Below, piece after piece: positions 44,368-55,500 of a stretch of DNA of 64,000 nt. Both the position numbers and the translations under genes were made by a program. The stretch lies in the IMG/VR virus record IMGVR_UViG_3300043411_001777, positions 62,001-126,000 of that record; one strand, given 5' to 3'. Below the pieces are notes generated by a model. That model was given only the letters and a program-made list of their open reading frames with translations, had not been told where the DNA came from and searched no databases. How positions within the stretch are numbered: position 1 is the stretch's first letter; every line of letters begins with the position of its first letter.

Positions 44368-45882
44368 TCACTCCAGGGCCATCAACTCTCCGTCAATAAC
44401 GTCGCCAACAGAGCGCTTCCCTTCTCCCGTCAAGATAAGGTCATAGCACGTAAGGAAACGGCGCCAAGGCATTTCAGTCCGGATAAGGAAAGTCTCGAAA
44501 GGCTCACTATCACGGGTTTTCAAGCACTGCATTTGCAGCCGATTTCGGGCTCTCAAATCGTCATCGATCCAACCCGCGGTCACCACGTCAGACGACTTTT
44601 CACACTCGTTGGCATAAGCGAGGTCCGTTAGCTGATAACTAGCTTGCCCGCCCTTCTCCAACCGCTTCATTGCGGTCTTGAACCCCTCGCGGTTGATCTG
44701 GAACAGAGCCACTAGAGCCATACCAGCACCACGGTTGAAGCCCAGCGCGATCTTCTTGAGGTCACGCATAACCTCATTGGTGGATTCCGTCGTGGAATTG
44801 TACTTGGTACGGCTCGCCATAAGACCCGCGTGATCAATGAAGATCGTTCGGAACGGGTCCTGCGAGTAAAGCAGCTCTGCCTGAGCCTTCAAGTCCGTGG
44901 ACGTGAAATCCATCTTATCCGGGTCAGCCACCCGAATATGGATTTTGCCATATCCATTTGCCGGATCGTCGAAGTCCGGCACCACGTACTTTAGGAGGAA
45001 CTCCTTCTCAGCCTCCGAAAGAAGAGCATCGCGGATGAGCTTGTATTCCAACCCCCCATTGGGGTTGTCTAGCCCCAATGCCTGCCGGATCTCCTTAAAC
45101 TTCTCGTGGGAAGAGTGGATGGCAAAGAGGATGCGCCTAATCTGATTGTAGGGCATCTCCAAAGAGAAAATGAGCGATGAGTATTTGTACCAGACTGCTT
45201 GGTTATACGCCCAGTTAACCATCAGGGTACTCTTAAAATGTCCTGTAAAGGCGGCATGAGTCCACAGCTCATATTTCTTCGCCCCACCTAGAACACTATC
45301 CATCTGCTCAATACCCGTGTGCTGCCCAACACCTGCTAACGGGTCTGCCTCAATCCTCAGATACTCCTCTGTAAAGTCAACGCCGTCACCCGTTATCTCA
45401 CCGCTTAACTTGCTACTAAGCGTTGGGGTGATTACGTCATGACTAGACTCAGCTACAAATTTGGCAGAGGCTACAGGTCCTTGCAAAAACTGCTCGACAC
45501 CCCGTTTCTTAACCGTTATGCCCGTATTGGCAATTTGCTGGGCCGTTGATAGGATCTCTGCCCATTTGCGCTTACGGGCTTGTTCCGCCAACGTCTCAAT
45601 ACGAGCAACGAAATCCCCATGATACTTAGGGGTTAAAGCCGCTAAAGTAGCAAGGTGGTCCTTGACATCGGTCTTGTTGTTTGAGTCAAAGTAGTTGACA
45701 ATAGTGGAGTATTCGGGCACATGGTTGTGTGCCCCAACGAACTTCTCCACGTAGCTGAAAATCTCTTGGTTGTGTGAGTCGAACTGCAACCCGCTCTGTG
45801 AGAGCATGAGGAAGTTCCTCAACATCAACTCTTGAGAGTCCGTCGGGCCAACCTGAAAGACACTCCGCAGCAACATTCTCAT
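44368..45882 (-). CDS. dnaB: DnaB-like replicative helicase
   Basis: AAFTGHFKST, IFSLEM, IFIDH, LFQINR, ECEKSSDVV, KTRD. Confidence 0.88.
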   Translation of the reverse strand: MRMLLRSVFQVGPTDSQELMLRNFLMLSQSGLQFDSHNQEIFSYVEKFVGAHNHVPEYSTIVNYFDSNNKTDVKDHLATLAALTPKYHGDFVARIETLAEQARKRKWAEILSTAQQIANTGITVKKRGVEQFLQGPVASAKFVAESSHDVITPTLSSKLSGEITGDGVDFTEEYLRIEADPLAGVGQHTGIEQMDSVLGGAKKYELWTHAAFTGHFKSTLMVNWAYNQAVWYKYSSLIFSLEMPYNQIRRILFAIHSSHEKFKEIRQALGLDNPNGGLEYKLIRDALLSEAEKEFLLKYVVPDFDDPANGYGKIHIRVADPDKMDFTSTDLKAQAELLYSQDPFRTIFIDHAGLMASRTKYNSTTESTNEVMRDLKKIALGFNRGAGMALVALFQINREGFKTAMKRLEKGGQASYQLTDLAYANECEKSSDVVTAGWIDDDLRARNRLQMQCLKTRDSEPFETFLIRTEMPWRRFLTCYDLILTGEGKRSVGDVIDGELMALE

Positions 45883-46700
45883 TTGAAGCCCTTCTTCTTG
45901 AACTTAGACTTCTTATCCCCGAAAAGCTCAGAATCGGAGAAAAGCGAAACCGCGGGCTTCGGTGTGGCAGTGGGCCTGTATTCCGGAGTAGGAGGTCTGA
46001 ACTCTACTGGTGCACGGCCATCTTCAGGAAAAGACAATTCAACGGGTCCGGACTGGGCCGCCTTACTCCCAATCTTAACGTGCTCCATTTCCCCTAAGAT
46101 GTCTCCCACACGGTAGTCCCAAAAGAGGTGGCCCTCATTAAGGGGGTTCTGAGGTGAGTCTACAATCCAAGTAGGCTTGTCCATTTGCTCCCGAAGGTGT
46201 AGCGCCTCTATAAGGCAATCCGCAGAACATCGGTTGGGGGCAGCTTTAACCCCTGTCAGTATCACCAGCAAGTCGCTGAACGCGACCAGATCGGATAGGC
46301 TATTGGCCACAGGCATACCCCCTTCTTGACGCTGGGAGGACACATCGGGGTCCAAGGGGGTGGCCTTGCCTAGCCACGCATCCAAGAGGTCTACGTCGGT
46401 AATCCGCTGGAAATAGAACATCGGACCTGAGCGGATCGCTACATGCCTCATATGGCGCTTGAAATCCGAATAGGCTCCAGTCACCCACAGGTTCTCGGTC
46501 TCCTTCCCTAAGAGGGGAGAGCTTTTGATCGGGCTAGACTTTACGAGTCCTTTCCAACGGCGCTCGACGTTAGCCAGAACGTCTTTAGCCAAGCGGCATT
46601 TACATACCTGTACTGCGACTTCGATTCCGGTCTTAATCACCGGAACAACACCCCGACCCTTACATTGGGGGCAGTTTACGTCCCCATCAAAATGCGTCAT
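45879..46700 (-). CDS. DnaC/IstB-like helicase-loader-like protein, degenerate AAA+
   Basis: N-terminal CPQCKGRG...CKC; DLLVI; REQMDKPTWI; no GKT; adjacent to dnaB. Confidence 0.6.
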   Translation of the reverse strand: MTHFDGDVNCPQCKGRGVVPVIKTGIEVAVQVCKCRLAKDVLANVERRWKGLVKSSPIKSSPLLGKETENLWVTGAYSDFKRHMRHVAIRSGPMFYFQRITDVDLLDAWLGKATPLDPDVSSQRQEGGMPVANSLSDLVAFSDLLVILTGVKAAPNRCSADCLIEALHLREQMDKPTWIVDSPQNPLNEGHLFWDYRVGDILGEMEHVKIGSKAAQSGPVELSFPEDGRAPVEFRPPTPEYRPTATPKPAVSLFSDSELFGDKKSKFKKKGFK

Positions 46701-48283
46701 TTAAGCGCGTCCTCCCGCAAGGATGAAAACAGATCGTCTAGAACAGAGGACTCTTGCATAAGCGCCGGATCGGCAAGGTCCGTATCGCCCTTGATCCGTT
46801 TCCCCAGCACCTCTTCTACCAGCTTCATCTTCTTGGACAGAATCTCCATTACCCGATGGTCAATAGTTTTGGCGCGACCGGACCGAGAAAGGATATGGAT
46901 CGCATACACCCGATCGTGCTCTGACCCAATTCGGATCATCCGACCAAGGATTTGCAAGTAATCTCCCGCCGAGAACGGGGCATCATAGAAAACAAGAGCT
47001 TTGGCGGCTTGCAGGTTGATCGCATCGGAAGCCGCCATCGTAATGAGAATTACGTTGACCCCCGAATTCGGGTTCTGGAAGGTCTCCATCGCCTTTAGAC
47101 GATCTTCGGTCTTTGTCTCAGCCCCGGTAATACGGACGCATTTGATCTTCTTAGACGCAAGCACCTTTTCAAGGTGGTCGACGTATTTACGGAAGCGCGT
47201 AAATACAATCACCTTCTCCCCCGCCAGCTCGCCCGGCTCCTCCCCCTCACTCAGCAAATCAAGGAGGGCTTCTTCTTTTCCGGAATCGCCCTCGGCCTCC
47301 ACCAGACACGGGTGGTTCACTACCTGTTGGCAGTAGGTCACAGCGGTTAGCTTCGTAACCTCTTTGTCAACACCACCCACCTCTAGAAGGCCGTTTAGAG
47401 CATCGGCATAGAGCTTTTCTTGCTCATCGGTCAACTGGACTTCAATGGTTTTCTGCTCTAGAACTGGGAGATCCGCGGCTACTTCAAACTTGGCCCGCCC
47501 TAAGAAATAGGGTTCGATGATCTCTCGGAATTGCTTAATGCAACCTGGAGGATACCCAACCACAACCGGAATCTTGCGACCCCCACCGATGGGCTGCATC
47601 TTCGTGATGCAGAAGTTCTGGAGGAACTTCGTCTTAGCGGGCAAAAGTCCGGGGACTATGATCTTGTAGATCGCCCAACCTTCCATCAGAGCGTTCTTTA
47701 TGATAGTGGCAGATAGCCCCCAAACATGACTAGCTTTTTGGGCGAGAAAATGGACAACCTGATGAACTCTGGATTTGTCATTCTTAAAGGCACTACATTC
47801 ATCGGCAACCAACACCCCATTTTCCCAATCTTGCATGGGGGTGAAATCCTGAACAGCGGCGCGATACCCCATAATCAAGACCGCTGGGCCTTCATGCGCC
47901 CGAAAAGCATCCCGAGTCTTTGTTCGCTGCGCAGGGGTTCCCTTACAGAAGAAGGGCGTTATCCCCTCAGTGAACTTGTGGAATTCGCTGACCCACTGCC
48001 CGGTAGCGGATTTTGTTGTCAGGAGCACCACCTTTTTGGTGGGGTCCTTTTCCCAAATCGAGCATAAAGCGGCGATAGTCATCAAGCTCTTGCCCGTGCC
48101 TGTATCGTCTCCAAGAACGAACCTAGGACACACTGCTAGATGCAGAATAGCCTGGACCTGATAGTAACGCAGCTTCAGTTCCCGACTTTGTCCAAAGTGG
48201 TCGAAGTGCGTTCTTAGGTATTTGATCGGCTTAAGGGCTAGGTCTTTAGACTCTCGGATTTGCTTCAAACGGGCGCTTAGCAT
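46697..48283 (-). CDS. SNF2-family SF2 helicase
   Basis: GDDTGTGKS, ADECS, LSAT, VIVFT, AINLQAA, QILGRMIRIG. Confidence 0.92.
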   Translation of the reverse strand: MLSARLKQIRESKDLALKPIKYLRTHFDHFGQSRELKLRYYQVQAILHLAVCPRFVLGDDTGTGKSLMTIAALCSIWEKDPTKKVVLLTTKSATGQWVSEFHKFTEGITPFFCKGTPAQRTKTRDAFRAHEGPAVLIMGYRAAVQDFTPMQDWENGVLVADECSAFKNDKSRVHQVVHFLAQKASHVWGLSATIIKNALMEGWAIYKIIVPGLLPAKTKFLQNFCITKMQPIGGGRKIPVVVGYPPGCIKQFREIIEPYFLGRAKFEVAADLPVLEQKTIEVQLTDEQEKLYADALNGLLEVGGVDKEVTKLTAVTYCQQVVNHPCLVEAEGDSGKEEALLDLLSEGEEPGELAGEKVIVFTRFRKYVDHLEKVLASKKIKCVRITGAETKTEDRLKAMETFQNPNSGVNVILITMAASDAINLQAAKALVFYDAPFSAGDYLQILGRMIRIGSEHDRVYAIHILSRSGRAKTIDHRVMEILSKKMKLVEEVLGKRIKGDTDLADPALMQESSVLDDLFSSLREDALK

Positions 48284-48301
48284 GCACCCTACTACCCGAA
48301 A

Positions 48302-48898
48302 TTACAGCCTCCACAACCCTAGGTAAACCAACAAATCTCCAAGGAAATGACCATTGGAGATATGCTCGGGCCGAAAGCGGAACCAATCCTGTACTTCCAG
48401 CTCGAAGTCGTCGCGATCCATTCCCAATTTGGTGGCGTGTGTGTTTAACGAATGGGCGTAACCTTTAACCGCCTCTACCGTAAAGGTTCTACCCACCCAC
48501 AGCGCCCCGATTTTAAGGGTTCGTGTTAACGCCTCCGTATCGGAAACCAAGCTGGCCGTATGGGTACGGGCAGGGAGCGTGCCCCACCCATTCATGAGAG
48601 ATACAAGGATCTGAAGGTTTTTCATCTCCCGAGGCGTGGCTGTAAAGGGCAACTTTCGAGGTTTAGTCACCAGAACTCGGAACACACCCCCCAATTCTTC
48701 TTTGGGGATACCCTGCTGTAGGGCGTGAAGGCGCAGCACTTGAGGCACGTCATAGGCAAGAGGCTGAATGGTGGAGGCTTCCCACTCTTTAGCAGCCTCT
48801 AAGGAGAGCTTGCGGATGGCGTTAAGTTGAAACGTATCCGCGTCTTTTCCGGTTTGACGTTCATATAACGCGTTAGCCAAGTCTGGTGGAAGTGCCAT
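48302..48898 (-). CDS. hypothetical protein
   Basis: GAGGGA SD before ATG 48898 (MALPPDL...). Confidence 0.7.
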   Translation of the reverse strand: MALPPDLANALYERQTGKDADTFQLNAIRKLSLEAAKEWEASTIQPLAYDVPQVLRLHALQQGIPKEELGGVFRVLVTKPRKLPFTATPREMKNLQILVSLMNGWGTLPARTHTASLVSDTEALTRTLKIGALWVGRTFTVEAVKGYAHSLNTHATKLGMDRDDFELEVQDWFRFRPEHISNGHFLGDLLVYLGLWRL

Positions 48899-48930
48899 TA
48901 AGTCCCTCTGCATACACTGGCTGATAACCA

Positions 48931-48964
48931 AAGAAAAAGGCCGGAGGATTCCCCCGGCCTTTTC
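48931..48964 (-). terminator. intrinsic terminator
   Basis: minus strand GGCCGG-GGGAATCCT-CCGGCC followed by TTTTTCTTT, just after the 48984 stop. Confidence 0.8.
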
Positions 48965-48983
48965 GACTACCCAAAGAAGGGTA

Positions 48984-49505
48984 TTAGACGACTTCTTCCT
49001 TTTTTGCAGGAAGAATGTGCTTGAACACCGCGGACCACAAGAGCGCAGCCGCAGCGCTCGCAATGAACCCAGTCCATAGCGCCGTGAGGATAGACACCCC
49101 AGCCGCCGCCGACAAGGAGAAGGCAAGAACACAACCCAGGGCCAGGTTCACCCATGGGAGAGCATTGGGGGGGACACGCTTATCGAGCCCAAAACGGCGA
49201 AAACCGTACATGAGGATAAGTAACGAGAACCCGATTACAGCTACCCACTTACCTCCCTTTGCGGCGGCTACGAGGTCCCCAATGAGACCGAGGGCCTCTG
49301 CATCCGTAGTGGGCTCCGTAACCACAGGAGCTGGGGCTGCTACGTCTGTAGCCTCCACAACGTCTGTAGCCTCAACCACATCAGTGGCCACTGCCTCAGT
49401 AGAGTCAACCGCCTCGACGGTATCCTCAACAACATCCTCAGCCATGGCAATGGCTGGGGTGAACAAGCAAAACGCAACAAGAACACCAACAAAAACCTTA
49501 GTCAT
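48984..49505 (-). CDS. signal-peptide and multi-TM membrane protein (holin-like candidate)
   Basis: hydrophobic N-terminus ending AIA-MA, ATDVVE repeats, three TM segments, basic/acidic tail. Confidence 0.7.
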   Translation of the reverse strand: MTKVFVGVLVAFCLFTPAIAMAEDVVEDTVEAVDSTEAVATDVVEATDVVEATDVAAPAPVVTEPTTDAEALGLIGDLVAAAKGGKWVAVIGFSLLILMYGFRRFGLDKRVPPNALPWVNLALGCVLAFSLSAAAGVSILTALWTGFIASAAAALLWSAVFKHILPAKKEEVV

Positions 49506-49553
49506 ACTTTCATCCTTCCCGCGTCATGCGGAGCTACACCTTACCCACCAAGA

Positions 49554-52500
49554 TTACGAATCTGTATCCAGCACCGTACCAGTTCGTACGGTCTCAGGAT
49601 AATTGATCAAATCAATTGCAGCCGGATTACGTACCCGACGTGAATTGGTTTTGATCATTGGCCGACCATTTATTCGGAAGCGATCTGCTGCTGCATACCC
49701 CTCCCCGTATCCTGTAGGAGATATAGTCCCGTTAATGGTCAACCCGTTAAGAGCCGTATCCTCATTCCCAAATACAGCATTTGTCAGGATAACCATTTGC
49801 AGCTCATCTCCGTCAGAAACCTTAAACGGCCCCGACAAAGCCTCTTCGTAGAAGTTGCGGACAAGCAATGCCTTGCAGGCCAAAAGACCGCCCTTTAGAA
49901 CAGGACGAGAGGCGGCAGGGAAGGACCCGGAAACCCAATCCACGGGACCCCCTGGAGTTGTCCCCGACAACACAAAGGCCGACCCACCACCCCGGTGGAG
50001 ACGGAATTTCTTGGTTTTCAGCGGATTATCCGTTTCATGGTAGCCCTCGAAATCCGTGGTGCAAATGAACCCGTCACTCATAGCGATTAGCTCACCGGCT
50101 GCACCAGTAAATCGGGTGGCCTCGTCCCCTTCCCCTGTTAGGGGGAGTAGCGACTGCACGGGGCTGATGTTGGAGACCATAGACCGAAGCGCCGAAGTCT
50201 TATCCCCCAGAGGATTCTCGCACAAGAAATCGCTATCCTGAACCAGGGCCCCCAACGGCAAACGCTCTGTCAGACCTGTGAGCTTTAGCTGTGTGGTTCC
50301 GTTGCCAGCATTTAACGGGAGGTCTACACCACCAGACAGATATACAAAGGTCCGGGTGGCACCGACAACCTCAGCGTTGTTAGGTGCCGAAGATAGCTGC
50401 CATACATCCTCAACAGGACCACAAGGAATTTCAGAAACCATCCCGTTGAACTTCGTGAAGTCCTCCGGACCAATCTCAACCCCAATCCCATTGCCCTCCG
50501 CACCAGTAGGAACTGCCTGGAGAATAAGGTCACTTGACCCACGCGAATGGATCGCCGTAACCGTTTCTTTCAAGAGCGGGTGAGCATTGATACAAGCTGC
50601 CATATTTGCCAACGTGACAGACGGATCTGGTCGCGTAGTAATGGCAGTGAGCGTGAGGTCCACCGTGCCGGGTGTGATTGTCCAATTAGCAATCGCCGGG
50701 GGCGAAAACACTACAATTTTAGCAGTTGCAAAAGCACCTGGGGCAACAGCCACACCTGTATGGTTATCGCACCACACGCGAACGGTGTTTAGCAGACATT
50801 CTGCTCGGAACACAAATCCGGCTGGTGGGGTGCTTGGAATTGCCACCAACGCAGCCATGGAGGTTGTTACCCCGGTTACTGTAACATCATACGAATCGGT
50901 GAACCCATCCGCGATCACATCTGGGAAATCAATAGCGGCCGTAAAAACACTAGCCCCATCAAACTCCCCATCAGGCAGCACTTCGAAAGCTGTCGGGTTG
51001 GCATTGTAGATGAGCGTCACAGTGACTTCATCATCATCCGTTACCTCAGCATAGAAAGTAGCGGTTCCCTTATCGTTTTCAAACTTGTCCGTTACGAACA
51101 CTTCTGTCCGGATATCCCCATCCGCAGAGGCACGACGAACACCTGGGAATGCAATCACAGCCGAATCACGCGGAGCCAGCATGGTCACAGGATCAAATGC
51201 CTGTGAAACCTCCAACTGTAGCATTTCAACCTTAGAGGTCTGATCTACAATGAAGACACCGTTTTCGCTTACCCCTTCTGCAAGAAGGTCAGACTCCCAT
51301 AGAGCCGCAGTTCCGTACAGAGGAACCGTCTCACCATTCAGCTTATGGATGGTCACCGGATAGTAGTTTCCGTTGATGTTTTCGACGATTAGCTCGTCCG
51401 CATCCAAAAGTGTTAGCTTTGCACTGGCCCGAGAAGGGTTCGTCTTCTGGCCCTCGGAGAACGCCCGTGGCAGGACCCGCCAATTTGGTGCATCCACGGC
51501 AGACGGACGGCGGACCGCAGCATTAGCGCTGTTTTCGGTGTACCCGATATCCAGCGGAGTGCCGGGATAGAGAGATCCACCGATCTTGCCAGTTCCCAGC
51601 GTGGTGCTGAAATCTAAGGACGCCAGCACCTGGAACGCACGGGTGTTAGCCGTTTGCGGCACGAAACCAGAGGAGTCATACTGCTGAACAGGCGTTGCCA
51701 ACGCAAACTGGTCACTGATCGAAATATGGCCGTAACGGACCGTATAGTCAGTCATAGCCCGAGTTGCCCCATTACGAGTGCCGAACGGATCCCCCTGATA
51801 TACCGGGCGGTTATAGCAGACGTACAGGTCCTCATTCAGTGCGGCTGCACTGGGAAGAACCATCCCGACGCCTTCCAGCTCAGTATTGGCGCCGTCAACA
51901 ACGGTTGCCCCGGCCCCCGTGTGACGGCGCGCAAGAACGAAGTTGTTCTTGTTGATCCATCCCTTGGAGAAAACGAAAACAACAGCCTCAACCACGTACT
52001 CAAAGTCCTCAAACTCATCCCCAGCCACATAACCAGGAATCCGAGTTAGGTCCAAAACATTGGACGGGATGATATACGTGTGGTCATGGTCCTGAGTCGT
52101 CAAGTCCTTAGCCCCGTCTTGGAAAATGAACAGGGTCTGTCTGTCCGCATCCTGACGTAGCAAATTGGTTGCCGGGTCGGCTTCCACTTCCCAACGATTT
52201 GAAAGGAAGGTACGACCACCCTTAGCCTCGTAATCAGCCCGCTCGAAAACGCCTTGAAGACGCGCGATACCGATATGGGGTGGGAGCTGAATTCCCCTTA
52301 GACCACGGCCAAGGTCGGAGGAATTTACCGCTGCAAGCCGGTCGATAATGTCCTGTGCATAGGGATCTGCATCATTGATGTCCGCAGGAACCTTTCGCGC
52401 ACCGTAAAAGGGTTTGTTGAGCACAGTCCCGATAGTTGTGGAGCTGTCCCCGTAATCAGACCCAACCTCATTAGTAACAAAGAAAAGCGGCTTAACCGAA

Positions 52501-55500
52501 GTCCCCGCAGTGACGTTGTCCTCCCCACCAATGATGTTGAACACTGGCGAGGTAAGCGTGAGGTTGTCTAGGAACAGGTGGTTGATGCCCGGCAGGAACG
52601 TCGCCGCTCCCGTATCGTCATCAAAGTACGGGATATCCTGCCGACCAAACCGAGGCATGTATTCCTGAGGAATTGGGTAGCCCATCTTCTGCCCAGCGGT
52701 AGCCAAATTCAACGAATCTTTCGTTGTAGCATCCGGATATGTCATATCCCCGATTAGCGTCTTGCTCCCAGTCATAGGGGCAAGGCCTGTAAACGTCATC
52801 GCCTTTAGCGTCATTGACTGAGCGCGGAAAGGCCGGAACAGAAGGGTCTTTGACCCCTTGTCAATAAAGGCTTCAGCTTCGCGGTCCTGCTCGGTAAAAC
52901 CGACCACAGCCCCACCGTAAGCGACGTCCGCGGGGGCAATGAACCCACGTGCTGGGAGCCGGTTCCATGTTTGGATGTGGGCCGAATCAAACATGATTTC
53001 ATCGTCCGGCATGCCCGAGGCCGCTTCAAACGTAGGATCTAGAACCCCAGGGGCCTGTCTAAGATAGGACGCCCCAGGGCTACGAAGCGCAATCCGGGAA
53101 ATGCCATCCGCCACCCGAGCTTCTGCCCCACGCCCCGGGAAGTATTGGAGTGTGAGGCTGAGAAGCATCTTATCGGCAAAGATGCTTGAGACCGCTACGC
53201 GGTAACTAGCATCCGCCTCATTCATGTTGTATGTGGCCCACGGATAATCCGTAGCATCCGCATCCGTCACACCCGAACCGTAAAGAGCCCCGCCCACGTC
53301 TGTTAGAACAATGGCAAGGTCACCGATACGGGAAGCGTAATCCGAAATGTCGTCGGCATCATGTTCTTGAGAACGGAACTCGACCGTAACCGAGTTTCCT
53401 GTGCCCGTGTCAAACGGGCCTGTATACGGAGCTACCGAAAGGGGCTGCACCACAATGCTCGTAGCGTTGCTGGCATTTACATGCGTATACCCCGCAGTCC
53501 CACAGCCCAGCACCTTAAAAGCTCCGTTGTTGTAGTTGCTGTCAGCATCCCCCCACAACAGAACATAAACCCCGGATGAATTACCCGTGCGATCCAGGCC
53601 GTTGTTGGTCAACATCCCGTAAAGGGTCTTACGGCCGTTCTTGAGAGGCTCCCCTAGGTTACCAGGCTCATTCTCAAACTGCCCATTAGCATCCAAAGAG
53701 AAATAGGTGTCCTCTACATCGAAATCAATCCCAAGGTCGATTTCATAAACGCCATCGGTCGTTACCAAGTTGGTAGCTGCAAGCCCTTCCACGCGAAGTG
53801 TATCATTTAGCAAACCACCAAGCACGAGAAACGGGTGCTCGAAATTAGCTCCGCGCCAAGGGTACATCGGACCGGAATGGTTCTCCGGATTCAAAACATC
53901 AACAGGGGGCGCCTCCAAACCTCGTGATCCCTGGAAACGTAGCGTAATCGGCGTTTGGTTACCGGTCTCATCCGTTGGGGTATGCGTTTTCCAGGCCTCA
54001 GCCGGAGTCAAGAATCGAACAGCACGCGTTGCACCATCACGGAACGTCCCGCGAGCACCCCCATTACCATCCGCCCCACCAATGAACAATTGGATGTGAG
54101 ACCCGTTAACCCAGCTATCAGCAGGAATTCCTGAGGTGTTTTGGAAACCAATCGGCTTGAACCCAGGAGCTACATCCCACTCAACCAAAGTGTCAAACTG
54201 AGAGGAGTCCCCAAACCCAACCCCCCCATCAATCTTTGTGGCCTCGTGGTCCAAAAGAAGGGTTACGTTAGGCTGAATCACCGCCGCATCCGACCAGATG
54301 GTCCGAACCCCGTCCGGACCATCCAAAGCCTCGGTCATATTTGGAACGGCTGTCCCTCCGTCCGCCAGCAAATAGCCCACTTCGCTTACAACAGGGCCCT
54401 GGCTATTGCCAGACCCTGAGGTCTTCCATGCCGTGCGAAGGTTACCTGAGAGCAACGCTTGCACGTTGTGCTCTAGAATACGCTTGTAGTCCCATTCCCC
54501 TTGAGTAACTGCACGCCTCAAATCCAACACGTCCCGCTCAGCGATTTGATCCGCGAACAGCCCATCCGGGTGAGACGTGAAGAACTTCACCACAGAACCC
54601 GCGGGATGACCCACAGCCGCCGTACCATAACGACCACGACCGGAGATTGTGAAAGTACCGCCCCCCGCGTTTACCGCAGACAGACCAACAATCTCATCGT
54701 CAATCATGAGGAAGGTGTTAGCCAACACCAAATCCCCATCCTCTAGACCCGAGCCGTTTAGTCCTGTAACGGTCACGGCCACAGCATCCGTCGTGTGTGT
54801 AATAGCCGCAGTAAGGGTGCCAGTTAGCAGCTCCCGAGCACCGTCAAGCGGGTCGGGGAGGCCCGCCGCACTGGGGTTACGATCAAATGCACCGTTGTGG
54901 TTTGGGTTACCCACAGCAACAGCCGTGAAAGCAGCGGTGTTGCGGCGGAATATCGCTGCAACAGGAATCGCGTAGGTATAGCCATCAATCGTGCCCAGCT
55001 CATTGTCCGGGTCACCATCTCCAGCACGCCAGAGCCCAGCGTCGCCGAGAACAGCACGCATATTGCTAAAGGTGAGGCCAGCGATCGGGTCTGCGGCCGT
55101 TCCCTGTCCGAGAACATCAGGGTCATCTAGACCATCTGGGTATACATCCAAAGCTACACCAGAGCTAGCGGTATTTCCCTGCCCAAAGGTGCGAAGACGG
55201 TACTGCACTTGAACCCGAGCGGCCGTCTCCTGGCCGATGTCCGAATCTTCCAGGTCGTCTGTAATGTTCGTCCCGCCATACAGCACATTTCCGTGCTTCC
55301 AAAGCGTCGAGGCACTCGGCTTATTCGCCGTGGAGGGGTTTGGGCGGATAAGGGCTGCCCAGGCCTCTAGGAACACAAGATCGATGCGGTAGGTGCTTGA
55401 GGGAGGCGGGTACAGCTTTACGACGTTCTCGTACTCACCTTCAGCCTCAACCCGTGTGCCCGTGACTGGGATGATCCAGCCATTGACATTCGCAACAACA

